A DNA stretch of 64,000 nucleotides. Origin: Flavobacteriales bacterium. GTDB taxonomy: Bacteria > Bacteroidota > Bacteroidia > Palsa-965. The position numbers were made by a program, and so were the translations under genes. Under the pieces are notes generated by a model, which did no database searches, had not been told where the DNA came from, and was given only the letters and a program-made list of their open reading frames with translations. Positions 50,553 through 58,396 of this stretch are shown one piece after another (within the stretch, counting starts at the first letter, position 1; each line of letters begins with the position of its first letter). The stretch lies in NCBI GenBank assembly GCA_040377305.1, contig JBEIPA010000017.1:49561-113560 (forward strand), given 5' to 3'.

Positions 50553-51170
50553 CTACTGGCTTTTTCGCTTATTCAACTCGTCTCGTATGCGTGAAGCTTT
50601 CTCGTAATTTTCTTCCTCAAGAGCCTTATTCAGCATCTCCTCAAGCTCCTTATCCGTCTTACGCTGATAATCATTGCCGCTGGTCACTTCTGCGAGCAAT
50701 TCTTCTTCCTCTTCGGGAGACATATCATCCTCATTCACGGTAGCGCCACCTTCTTGTTCTTCATCCAGAACGATACCAGCCTGAGAAAGGATAAACTCAT
50801 ACGTGTAAACCGGACAGTTAAAGCGTACAGCGAGTGCAATGGCATCAGAAGTACGTGCGTCGATTTCGCCCTCGGTAGTTCCGTTATCGCAAATCAATTT
50901 CGCAAAGAAAATACCTTCGATCAGATCGTAAATGAGAACCTCTTTCACTTCAACACTGAACGTTTCTGCGAAGCTGCGGAAAAGATCGTGTGTGAGTGGA
51001 CGACTTGGTGTCATTTTCTCAAGTTCGATCGCAATTGCCTGCGCCTCGAATCCACCAATAATAATCGGGAGTCTGCGTTTGCCTTTGGTTTCCCCAAGAA
51101 CAAGAGCGTATGCACCGGACTGTGTTTGGCTATATGATAGCCCAACAATTTCCAGTTTTATTTTCTTCAT
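50553..51170 (-). CDS. Bifunctional nuclease family (DUF151) protein with a C-terminal UVR domain
   Basis: RLPIIIG.FEAQAI, RPLTHDL, DARTSDAIALAVR, AL.EENYEKAS.IRDE. Confidence 0.92.
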   Translation of the reverse strand: MKKIKLEIVGLSYSQTQSGAYALVLGETKGKRRLPIIIGGFEAQAIAIELEKMTPSRPLTHDLFRSFAETFSVEVKEVLIYDLIEGIFFAKLICDNGTTEGEIDARTSDAIALAVRFNCPVYTYEFILSQAGIVLDEEQEGGATVNEDDMSPEEEEELLAEVTSGNDYQRKTDKELEEMLNKALEEENYEKASRIRDELNKRKSQ

Positions 51171-51223
51171 GTCCTTACTCACGGGAGAATGGCATTACGA
51201 TTAAAGATAAAGCTAATTCGCGA

Positions 51224-52207
51224 TTAGTGCTGAGCAGCTTTGAATTTTTTGATGGCTTCAGTAAGCTTCGGTACGATTTCAAAAGCATCGCCAATGACAC
51301 CGTAATCAGCAGATTTAAAGAACGGTGCCTCCTTGTCGGTGTTAATTACAACGATTGTTTTTGATCCGTTTACGCCAGCCAAATGCTGAATTGCACCGGA
51401 AATTCCAATTGCGATATACAGGTTCGGGCGAATTGCAACACCGGTTTGTCCAACGTGTTCATGGTGCGGACGCCAGTGCATATCTGCAACAGGACGTGAA
51501 CATGCCGTAGTTGCGCCCAATGATTGTGCAAGTTCTTCCACGATCCCCCAATTCTCCGGAGCCTTCATTCCTCGTCCTGCAGAAACTACAAGCTCTGCCT
51601 CTGGAAGTGGTGCTGTTGCAGCCGAACGTGTCTTGCGTTCTTTCACTGTTACTACTCCTTTTACGCCGTCGAGATTTGCAGTCATTGGAGCAACCTCTGC
51701 TGTTCCTTCTCCAAGCTTCACAGGAAATGAATTCGGAAGCAAAGTGATGATTTTCTTTTCAGAATGAATCGTATGCGTTGCAGTTGCTTTGCCTGAATAT
51801 GCCGTTTTAGCAACGGTAATTTTATCGCCATTCACTGCAGGAGCTCCTGTAGCACCGGCAACAACACCTGCTTTCAGTTTCACCGACAAACGAGGAGCAA
51901 TTGCTTTACCCATCAGATCGTGTGAGAACACAACCACTTTCGCGCCTTCAGCATTTGCAACTTGTTCGAGCGCTGTTGCCCAGAGTGCAGAATCTCCGCT
52001 CTCCAATCCGCTACCGGAAACAGTCACAACTTTTGTTGCACCTGCTTTTCCAAGTTCTGCCAGTAATGCTGCGTCTGTCTTTCCATCGATCACCGCAGTT
52101 ACTGATGTTGAAAGTTGTTGTGCAATGTTTGCAGCGTAATTCACCGCTTCGAGTGAATTCTTCCGGATTTTTCCGTTACCTGCTTCTGTAAATACGAGTA
52201 CTGACAT
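51224..52207 (-). CDS. etfA: Electron transfer flavoprotein alpha subunit
   Basis: VGQTG, LYIAIGISGAIQHLAG, IN.D.EAPFF..ADYG. Confidence 0.95.
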   Translation of the reverse strand: MSVLVFTEAGNGKIRKNSLEAVNYAANIAQQLSTSVTAVIDGKTDAALLAELGKAGATKVVTVSGSGLESGDSALWATALEQVANAEGAKVVVFSHDLMGKAIAPRLSVKLKAGVVAGATGAPAVNGDKITVAKTAYSGKATATHTIHSEKKIITLLPNSFPVKLGEGTAEVAPMTANLDGVKGVVTVKERKTRSAATAPLPEAELVVSAGRGMKAPENWGIVEELAQSLGATTACSRPVADMHWRPHHEHVGQTGVAIRPNLYIAIGISGAIQHLAGVNGSKTIVVINTDKEAPFFKSADYGVIGDAFEIVPKLTEAIKKFKAAQH

Positions 52208-52248
52208 TTTATAGATTTTTCAATTCGTTAATCTCATTTATTGATTTT

Positions 52249-52309
52249 GTCATTCCGAGTAGTCGCCACAATTTAATTTGCCTCAATTGCAGACGTACCG
52301 AGGAATGAC
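52249..52309. repeat. GTCATTCC/GGAATGAC REP-like palindrome between etfB and etfA
   Basis: 8-bp terminal IR. 14-bp identity to 36381-36394. Confidence 0.75.
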
Positions 52310-53052
52310 TAAATCACCTTTGCCTCACTATGCAACATCGCAACCAACTCATCCATGTTATTCGGATCAATCATCTTCACCGCTTTTCTTCCTTCAGCAG
52401 GAACGAAATTATCAGTACTCGTTAATGAAGAAGGATTTGCAGCAGGTACAACTGTCAACGGCTTCGTACGGGCAGCCATAATACCGCGCATATTCGGAAT
52501 ACGTGCTTCCGCCATTCCCTTCTGACAACTTACAACCGCTGGAAGATTGCATTCAACAACAGCACTTCCGCCGTCGATGTCGCACTCCAGGGTTGCAACC
52601 GTTCCATTCACATCCAGCTTCGAAGCGAGAGAAACGTAAGGCATCTGCAATTGTTCGGCGAGCATTCCACCTACCATCGAACTGTTAGAGTCGATTGTTT
52701 CTTTTCCAACGAGAACGAGATCGAAACCTTTGTCTTTCGCGTAAGCAGCCACTTGTTCTGCAACTGCGAATGCATCCGAAGGATCGAGATCAATACGCAC
52801 GGCATCATCAGCACCGATTGCAAGTCCTTTGCGGATAATTGCTTCGTTTGCAGCAGGTCCAACGTGAATGAGTGTTACTGTTCCGGCACCTTTTGCTTCT
52901 TTCAGCTCAAGCGCGCGAACGAGTGCATACCACTCGTCGTATGGATTAATCACAAACTGAACGCCCTGTGTGTTAAGGGATTTTCCATCCGGAGTGAAAA
53001 CTATTTTGGTAGTGGTATCAGGAACATTGCTGATGCAAACGAGAATTTTCAT
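52309..53052 (-). CDS. etfB: Electron transfer flavoprotein beta subunit
   Basis: MKILVC...VPDT, INPYDE, A.GAD, RIPNMRGIM.A. Confidence 0.95.
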   Translation of the reverse strand: MKILVCISNVPDTTTKIVFTPDGKSLNTQGVQFVINPYDEWYALVRALELKEAKGAGTVTLIHVGPAANEAIIRKGLAIGADDAVRIDLDPSDAFAVAEQVAAYAKDKGFDLVLVGKETIDSNSSMVGGMLAEQLQMPYVSLASKLDVNGTVATLECDIDGGSAVVECNLPAVVSCQKGMAEARIPNMRGIMAARTKPLTVVPAANPSSLTSTDNFVPAEGRKAVKMIDPNNMDELVAMLHSEAKVI

Positions 53053-53084
53053 GCAATCTGAATTTGTGTGTTTTCTAAGAGGTG

Positions 53085-53189
53085 CAAAAATAAGGTTTTG
53101 CGGGGCTTCACAAAGCTATTTTTCGTCATAATTCCACTCCTTTTCGCTCCCCACTCCTATCTCTCGACTCCCATCTTTTCTTACATTTG
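53085..53189. promoter_or_regulatory. Divergent -7 boxes for etfBA (minus) and pdhB (plus)
   Basis: caaaaata at 53085-53092 (TATTTTTG on minus) and TACATTTG at 53182-53189. Confidence 0.7.
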
Positions 53190-53216
53190 CGTTCACTTGA
53201 ATTATCCATCATTCCT

Positions 53217-54200
53217 ATGAGAACAATTGCTTTCCGTGAAGCCCTTAGAGAAGCCCTGAATGAAGAAATGCGTCGCGATAAGGACGTTTTCCTTTTGGGA
53301 GAAGAAGTTGCAGAATATAATGGTGCTTACAAAGTGAGCCAGGGAATGCTTGCTGAATTCGGACCCGAACGTGTGATCGACACACCAATCGCAGAGCTTG
53401 GTTTTGCAGGAATTGCTGTCGGAGCAGCAATGAACGGTTTGCGTCCGGTTTGCGAATTCATGACGTTCAACTTTTCACTCGTTGCAATTGATCAGATTAT
53501 TAACGCTGCAGCAAAAATGCTGAGTATGAGCGGTGGTCAGTTCAACATTCCAATGGTGTTCCGTGGACCTACAGGAAGTGCTGGTCAGCTTGGCGCACAA
53601 CACTCACAGAATTTTGAGAACTGGTTTGCAAATACACCAGGATTGAAAGTGGTTGTACCTGCAAATCCATACGATGCAAAAGGACTTTTGAAGTCGGCAA
53701 TCCGCGATAACGATCCTGTTATTTTCATGGAATCTGAAGTCATGTATGGCGACAAAGGAGAAGTTCCTGAAGGGGAATACCTGTTGCCGATTGGTGTTGC
53801 TGATATCAAGCGCGAAGGAACAGATGTAACCATTGTTTCATTCGGAAAAATTCTGAAAGTTGCACTCGCTGCTGCTGCCGAATTGGAGAAAGAAGGTATT
53901 CAGTGCGAAGTAATTGACTTGCGTACTGTTCGTCCTATCGATTATACCACCATTATCAACTCGGTAAAGAAAACGAACCGACTTGTAATTGTTGAAGAAG
54001 CGTGGCCACTCGCGTCGATTTCTACCGACATTACATTTGTTGTGCAGAAAAATGCATTCGATTATCTCGACGCGCCTATCGGCCGTGTTGTAAGTGCTGA
54101 CGTTCCGCTTCCGTATGCAGCAATTCTTGTTGAAGCTGCATTACCTAACATCGCGAAGACTGTGAAAGCGGTGAAGGAAGTGATGTACGTGAAGGCGTAA
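53217..54200 (+). CDS. pdhB: Pyruvate dehydrogenase E1 beta subunit
   Basis: GEEVAEYNGAYKV, DTPIAE.GF, EFMTFNF, AQHSQ. Start moved to the ATG at 53217. Confidence 0.95.
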   Translation: MRTIAFREALREALNEEMRRDKDVFLLGEEVAEYNGAYKVSQGMLAEFGPERVIDTPIAELGFAGIAVGAAMNGLRPVCEFMTFNFSLVAIDQIINAAAKMLSMSGGQFNIPMVFRGPTGSAGQLGAQHSQNFENWFANTPGLKVVVPANPYDAKGLLKSAIRDNDPVIFMESEVMYGDKGEVPEGEYLLPIGVADIKREGTDVTIVSFGKILKVALAAAAELEKEGIQCEVIDLRTVRPIDYTTIINSVKKTNRLVIVEEAWPLASISTDITFVVQKNAFDYLDAPIGRVVSADVPLPYAAILVEAALPNIAKTVKAVKEVMYVKA

Positions 54201-54221
54201 CGGATACAAAATTTAATAGAG

Positions 54222-54252
54222 AAGCCGCGGAGATATTCACTGCGGCTTTTTT
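54222..54252 (+). terminator. Intrinsic terminator after pdhB
   Basis: AAGCCGCGG/CTGCGGCTT stem with a T tract. Confidence 0.8.
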
Positions 54253-54260
54253 GTTTCCCG

Positions 54261-54740
54261 TTAATTCCTCAGCCAGCTGATTACTTCCGGCTCTCCGTTT
54301 TCAGTACGACGAACAATTTTCATCCACTCAAGCAGCGGCAGTCCAATATATTTTCTGTTGGTGAAATTTTCAATCAGCCATGCTGAATCACCTTTGTAAC
54401 CATCCGGATGAAACACAAATTCCAGCGGAACACCGGCGTACTCTGCAGCAAAGAACGACCAAACTAAAACGCCCATCTCATATCCTTCCGCTTCAATTCC
54501 TCCCCCGGTTGCATCTCCATTCATATTCTGCCGCTCTGACGGAAGCATAAGCGCAATGTGTCCTGCTTCGTGCAACAGATCTCCCGGGAATTTCATCTTA
54601 CCGGGCTCTACAATCAAGCGCCCTTCGCTGATAGTGATTCCCGGAACAAATGTTTGGCCGTCAATAGCACGCTCTTCGATTTCAATTCCGATAGAACGGA
54701 TGAACGCATAGCAGCGGTCAATTACTTCCTCACGCTTCAT
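54261..54740 (-). CDS. Hypothetical protein with a zincin-like HExxH motif
   Basis: PGDLLHEAGHIA and a downstream Glu (GYEM). 11-bp overlap with the upstream gene. Confidence 0.7.
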   Translation of the reverse strand: MKREEVIDRCYAFIRSIGIEIEERAIDGQTFVPGITISEGRLIVEPGKMKFPGDLLHEAGHIALMLPSERQNMNGDATGGGIEAEGYEMGVLVWSFFAAEYAGVPLEFVFHPDGYKGDSAWLIENFTNRKYIGLPLLEWMKIVRRTENGEPEVISWLRN

Positions 54741-55710
54741 GCGGCTTAAGTTCGTTGTGTGTAATCACCTCTTTCAGTTTTCTGAACATTTCTTCCGACT
54801 TCACGAAGTCTCCCCATCCCGATGGTCCATGCATATCACCACTGAAATTTTTTTCCGGATTCTTCGAATGAAATCCCACACGATTCTGCATGGCAGTAAT
54901 GATCTGTTCATCTGGAAAATAGCCGCACGTGCTGAACACCTTCTCCGTTATCTTCATTGCTCCGTCATGGTAACTTAATGCAACGCTTACTTTGTTCGAT
55001 TTCAATATTTCCACATAGGCACTGAAATAACAACCGAGCACATGGTCAAGATAACTGCCTCTTGTCATATTCATTGCTTCTTCTGCTTCAAGCTGAAACA
55101 ACGAAGGTTCGATTACGCCCGGCACAGAATGCATGGCCGGATGCTTCGCCTGCGAAGCGCCTACTTCTTTTGGTGAACGGTACATCAGGAAGGAAGGAAC
55201 AGCGGGATACCACGCATTCAGCTGTCTGTAATAAAGGACGTGCCAGCTATCCGTCTTAACGAATACACGTTGCTCTGCATTTCGTCGCCGGCTCAGCAAT
55301 TTTACCACCGCCTTATATTGCTGTTCCCTTGCAAAATCGTTCTGCAACGAATCAGTCGTACGGAGTATTGCATCGAGCAAAGGAACTTCCGACAGAACGA
55401 TGTTGCAGGGGTCGCACGACAACAATTGCGCAACCAGCGTGGAACCACAACGCGAGATATGATAAATAAATGCTGTGTGCGAAACGCTGTCGGCTTGTTC
55501 TGCAATGCGCACCAACGTTTCTGCTGAAGTCACAGGAAATTTTCCAGGAACATTCTGCGGTAGGGACAGGCATGACGCAATCGACTCTTCAAAGAATGGT
55601 TCTGTGAAGGAATGATTGCCTACATATAGCCATCTGAAATTCACATCGCCATTGTTGTCGGCTAAGAGTTTGTATGGAACCCATCCGTTCAGAAGTTCCA
55701 GGTCATCCAT
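54730..55710 (-). CDS. Sulfotransferase-fold (P-loop) protein
   Basis: 5'-PSB-like FIYHISRCGSTL, LSE.P, and 3'-PB-like YRSPKEVGAS. Confidence 0.75.
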   Translation of the reverse strand: MDDLELLNGWVPYKLLADNNGDVNFRWLYVGNHSFTEPFFEESIASCLSLPQNVPGKFPVTSAETLVRIAEQADSVSHTAFIYHISRCGSTLVAQLLSCDPCNIVLSEVPLLDAILRTTDSLQNDFAREQQYKAVVKLLSRRRNAEQRVFVKTDSWHVLYYRQLNAWYPAVPSFLMYRSPKEVGASQAKHPAMHSVPGVIEPSLFQLEAEEAMNMTRGSYLDHVLGCYFSAYVEILKSNKVSVALSYHDGAMKITEKVFSTCGYFPDEQIITAMQNRVGFHSKNPEKNFSGDMHGPSGWGDFVKSEEMFRKLKEVITHNELKPHEA

Positions 55711-56404
55711 TGATCTGCTTTTTGAGGTCAGCGATTATTACTTTCGAAGTATCGGTATTGATCCGTTCCAGTTCTGCAATCATTGCCAAGACTGTTGCTT
55801 CATCGGGAGCAAGCACCTTTCGTTCACATTCAAAATCATAACCCGCTTCTGCGAAAAGTTGGTCCGACCACTCGTTTCTCACACAATCAATGACCAGGTG
55901 GACACGAGGAAGTTCTCCTCTATTTTTCACACTGTGCGGCAGATCGAAATTGGCGTACCAACACTCACCGGCCCGCATGTTCATTCGTTGATTATCCACT
56001 ACAAAATCAACATCCTCACTTGTCTGCAGGGGAATATGAAGACGGAATGCACCCCGTTCATAACACAATCCACGGTCGCGGTGCTCATGAATAATACTGC
56101 CCGGAGCTAACCGTAACAAACGGACAGCCTCCTTATCACATTTCAGCTCACTGAGAATCTTAAGGATATAAGGACAACTTTCAAGTAAGGGCGTCGGCAA
56201 GAATGCCCCTCCCTCTGTGCGTGTATCATCCGCATTTCCGGAAAGTGAATACAGCGCTATACTGGTCCAGTCTCCGGAATAATCTTGCGTATTAACATGC
56301 CTGCTCCAGTCGGACCTTATACAGGTGAGCATATCGGCGGATAATAAATCACCTTCGAAAGTCAAAGGCAGTTTCAGAGAGTGACAGGCTGTTGTTAGAC
56401 GCAT
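55703..56404 (-). CDS. Aspartyl/asparaginyl beta-hydroxylase family Fe(II)/2OG dioxygenase
   Basis: VRLLRLAPGS.IHEHRD (HxD), RLHIP, GECWY.NF..PHSV.N.G...RVHLVID. Confidence 0.9.
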   Translation of the reverse strand: MRLTTACHSLKLPLTFEGDLLSADMLTCIRSDWSRHVNTQDYSGDWTSIALYSLSGNADDTRTEGGAFLPTPLLESCPYILKILSELKCDKEAVRLLRLAPGSIIHEHRDRGLCYERGAFRLHIPLQTSEDVDFVVDNQRMNMRAGECWYANFDLPHSVKNRGELPRVHLVIDCVRNEWSDQLFAEAGYDFECERKVLAPDEATVLAMIAELERINTDTSKVIIADLKKQING

Positions 56405-56417
56405 GAAATAGTATAAT

Positions 56418-56530
56418 GCAATATAGAATTCATTTCCCGGTGGTTTAGGATTTCAAATTAATACAACAATTAATTTACACATTTAAATTATCAATAAGAT
56501 CTTAATATTACATCGCATTTCCTATATTGC
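56418..56530. promoter_or_regulatory. Divergent promoter region with identical variant -7 boxes CTATATTGC on both strands
   Basis: gcaatatag at 56418-56426 (minus) and ctatattgc at 56522-56530 (plus), separated by AT-rich DNA. Confidence 0.5.
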
Positions 56531-56583
56531 TGCCAATTCGCTAACCAAATCATTCATTTACTCACTAAACCCATTCAACTTTT

Positions 56584-57126
56584 ATGGAAGGAACATTGGC
56601 TGTCATAACTCCTGTAGCTTATGACTTTACACCCCGTTACTGGCAACAGTGCAGCGGGCAGATTCTATCAATTGCACAGAATCAGGCGTTGTTTTCACTA
56701 CTCGGTACAACCTATGGTGGAAACGGAATTCAGACTTTTGGTTTACCAGATTTACGCGGTCGTGTGGCAACCGGTATTGGTCAAGGTCCGGGACTCCAGT
56801 ATTACACACTGGGTGAAGTAACCGGCACTGAAAACGTCACACTCACGATGAACAACCTGCCGCCGCACACACACAATGGTGTTGTGCAGATGACTCCACT
56901 TGGTGGAAATTCAGGCGATAGTGCTACGCCGGTTGGTGGTTATCCAGGTCCGATTCCAAATGGTTATACCACGACTCTTGCTGGTTCATCGCCGATGGGT
57001 TCTTCGTCGTTCGCGAATACGAACATCGGTCAGGCTGGAAGTAATTTTCCGGTTTCTGTTCTGACCCCATATCTGACCTTGAATTTCGTGATTTGTGTAC
57101 AGGGCATTTTTCCTTCACGAAACTAG
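56584..57126 (+). CDS. Phage tail collar domain protein (MdpB/microcystin-dependent family), paralog 1
   Basis: C.GQ.LSI.QNQALFSLLGTTYGGNG..TFGLPDLRGR, LPPHTH, C-terminal GIFPSRN. Confidence 0.92.
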   Translation: MEGTLAVITPVAYDFTPRYWQQCSGQILSIAQNQALFSLLGTTYGGNGIQTFGLPDLRGRVATGIGQGPGLQYYTLGEVTGTENVTLTMNNLPPHTHNGVVQMTPLGGNSGDSATPVGGYPGPIPNGYTTTLAGSSPMGSSSFANTNIGQAGSNFPVSVLTPYLTLNFVICVQGIFPSRN

Positions 57127-57182
57127 TCGCAGTACGCAACCGAACTTTTCAAACATTAACTGAATTCAAAAACCTATAACAT

Positions 57183-57734
57183 ATGTTCGTAGAACCATAT
57201 TTGGCCACAGTTACAAACTTCGCAGGAAATTTCGCTCCACGGAGCTGGATGTTCTGTCAGGGCCAGTTACTATCAATTGCAGAATACACAGCACTTTTCG
57301 CACTCATCGGTACTACCTATGGCGGCGATGGGCAGACAACATTTGCATTGCCTGATATGCGCAGCCGTGTCGCAGTTAGCATGGGGCAAGGCCCGGGACT
57401 TTCCAACTACATGCTGGGACAAGCAGCAGGCACTGAAAACGTCACTATCCTTTCTTCTCAAATGCCCGGACACAACCACGTGGTAACTACTTTCACTGGT
57501 GCATTTCAGGCTTCTACCAGCACAACCGGACTTGTAGGTGTACCTAATAATGCCATTCCTGCAGCAGGTGCAACTGCCTATTCCAACGCACCGGATGGAA
57601 ACACTTTTGGCCCGATGAACCTGAATTCAATTACACCAATGGCCGGAGGCAATCAGCCCATTTCCATAATTCAACCTTATCTAGGTATGAATTTTATCAT
57701 CGCGGTGGAAGGTATTTTTCCATCACGTAACTAA
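57183..57734 (+). CDS. Phage tail collar domain protein, paralog 2
   Basis: FAGNFAPRSW.FC.GQ, GTTYGGDG..TFALPD.R, MPGHNH, GIFPSRN. Confidence 0.92.
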   Translation: MFVEPYLATVTNFAGNFAPRSWMFCQGQLLSIAEYTALFALIGTTYGGDGQTTFALPDMRSRVAVSMGQGPGLSNYMLGQAAGTENVTILSSQMPGHNHVVTTFTGAFQASTSTTGLVGVPNNAIPAAGATAYSNAPDGNTFGPMNLNSITPMAGGNQPISIIQPYLGMNFIIAVEGIFPSRN

Positions 57735-57768
57735 CTTATTTAAGAACACTTAAACAACTTATAATACT

Positions 57769-58314
57769 ATGGAAGGTGTAATTGGTTATACAACAATCTT
57801 CGCCGGCAATTTCGCTCCCAAGTCATGGGCGTTTTGTGCAGGGCAAATAATTAACATCGCATCAAACACTGCATTGTTCTCTATTCTGGGAACAACATAT
57901 GGTGGAAACGGAACTACAACTTTTGCGCTTCCCGATTTACGCGGACGTACAATTGTTGGAGCAGGAGCAGGCCCCGGTCTTTCTTCTTATAATATTGGTC
58001 AGGTGGGTGGCACAGAATCTACTGCCCTTACCACGCTCACTATGCCGGCACACGTTCACCCGGTAACTGCTCAGTTGAATATTTCTGCAACTGACAACTC
58101 CGCTACGCTGACTAATCCGATTGGCAACGTATACGGACAGGAACCTTCGACCAATCCGATCTATGGTGCTGACGGAAATGTAAGCATGGCAAAAATCGAT
58201 GCCAGCCTTACAATGACGAGCACCGGAGCCGGGGCTTCATTTGAAATTCTCCGCCCACTGCTCGGATTGAATTACATTATTTGTCAGTACGGAGTATTTC
58301 CGGCACGCAATTAA
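57769..58314 (+). CDS. Phage tail collar domain protein, paralog 3
   Basis: FAGNFAPKSWAFC.GQ, GTTYGGNG..TFALPDLRGR, MPAHVH, GVFPARN. Confidence 0.92.
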   Translation: MEGVIGYTTIFAGNFAPKSWAFCAGQIINIASNTALFSILGTTYGGNGTTTFALPDLRGRTIVGAGAGPGLSSYNIGQVGGTESTALTTLTMPAHVHPVTAQLNISATDNSATLTNPIGNVYGQEPSTNPIYGADGNVSMAKIDASLTMTSTGAGASFEILRPLLGLNYIICQYGVFPARN

Positions 58315-58332
58315 TATTATTTCATTATAGAG

Positions 58333-58360
58333 AAAAGGGGAACAGTGCTGTTCCCTTTTT
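58333..58360 (+). terminator. Intrinsic terminator/attenuator after the tail-collar triplet
   Basis: GGGAACA-GTGC-TGTTCCC stem with a T tract. Confidence 0.75.
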
Positions 58361-58396
58361 CTTTGTTTTTTTGCAATCTCTTCACCCGCTTAATTT

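Noticed and set aside
56405-56583. RiPP precursor peptide for the modification enzymes
   Set aside because: No convincing small ORF in this AT-rich divergent spacer, and no RiPP transporter or leader-binding domain seen.
56584-58314. Prophage, tailocin or eCIS/T6SS interpretation of the tail-collar genes
   Set aside because: No sheath, tube, baseplate, VgrG/PAAR, capsid, terminase, lysis or integrase genes in the window. The neighbours are enzymes and an adhesin.
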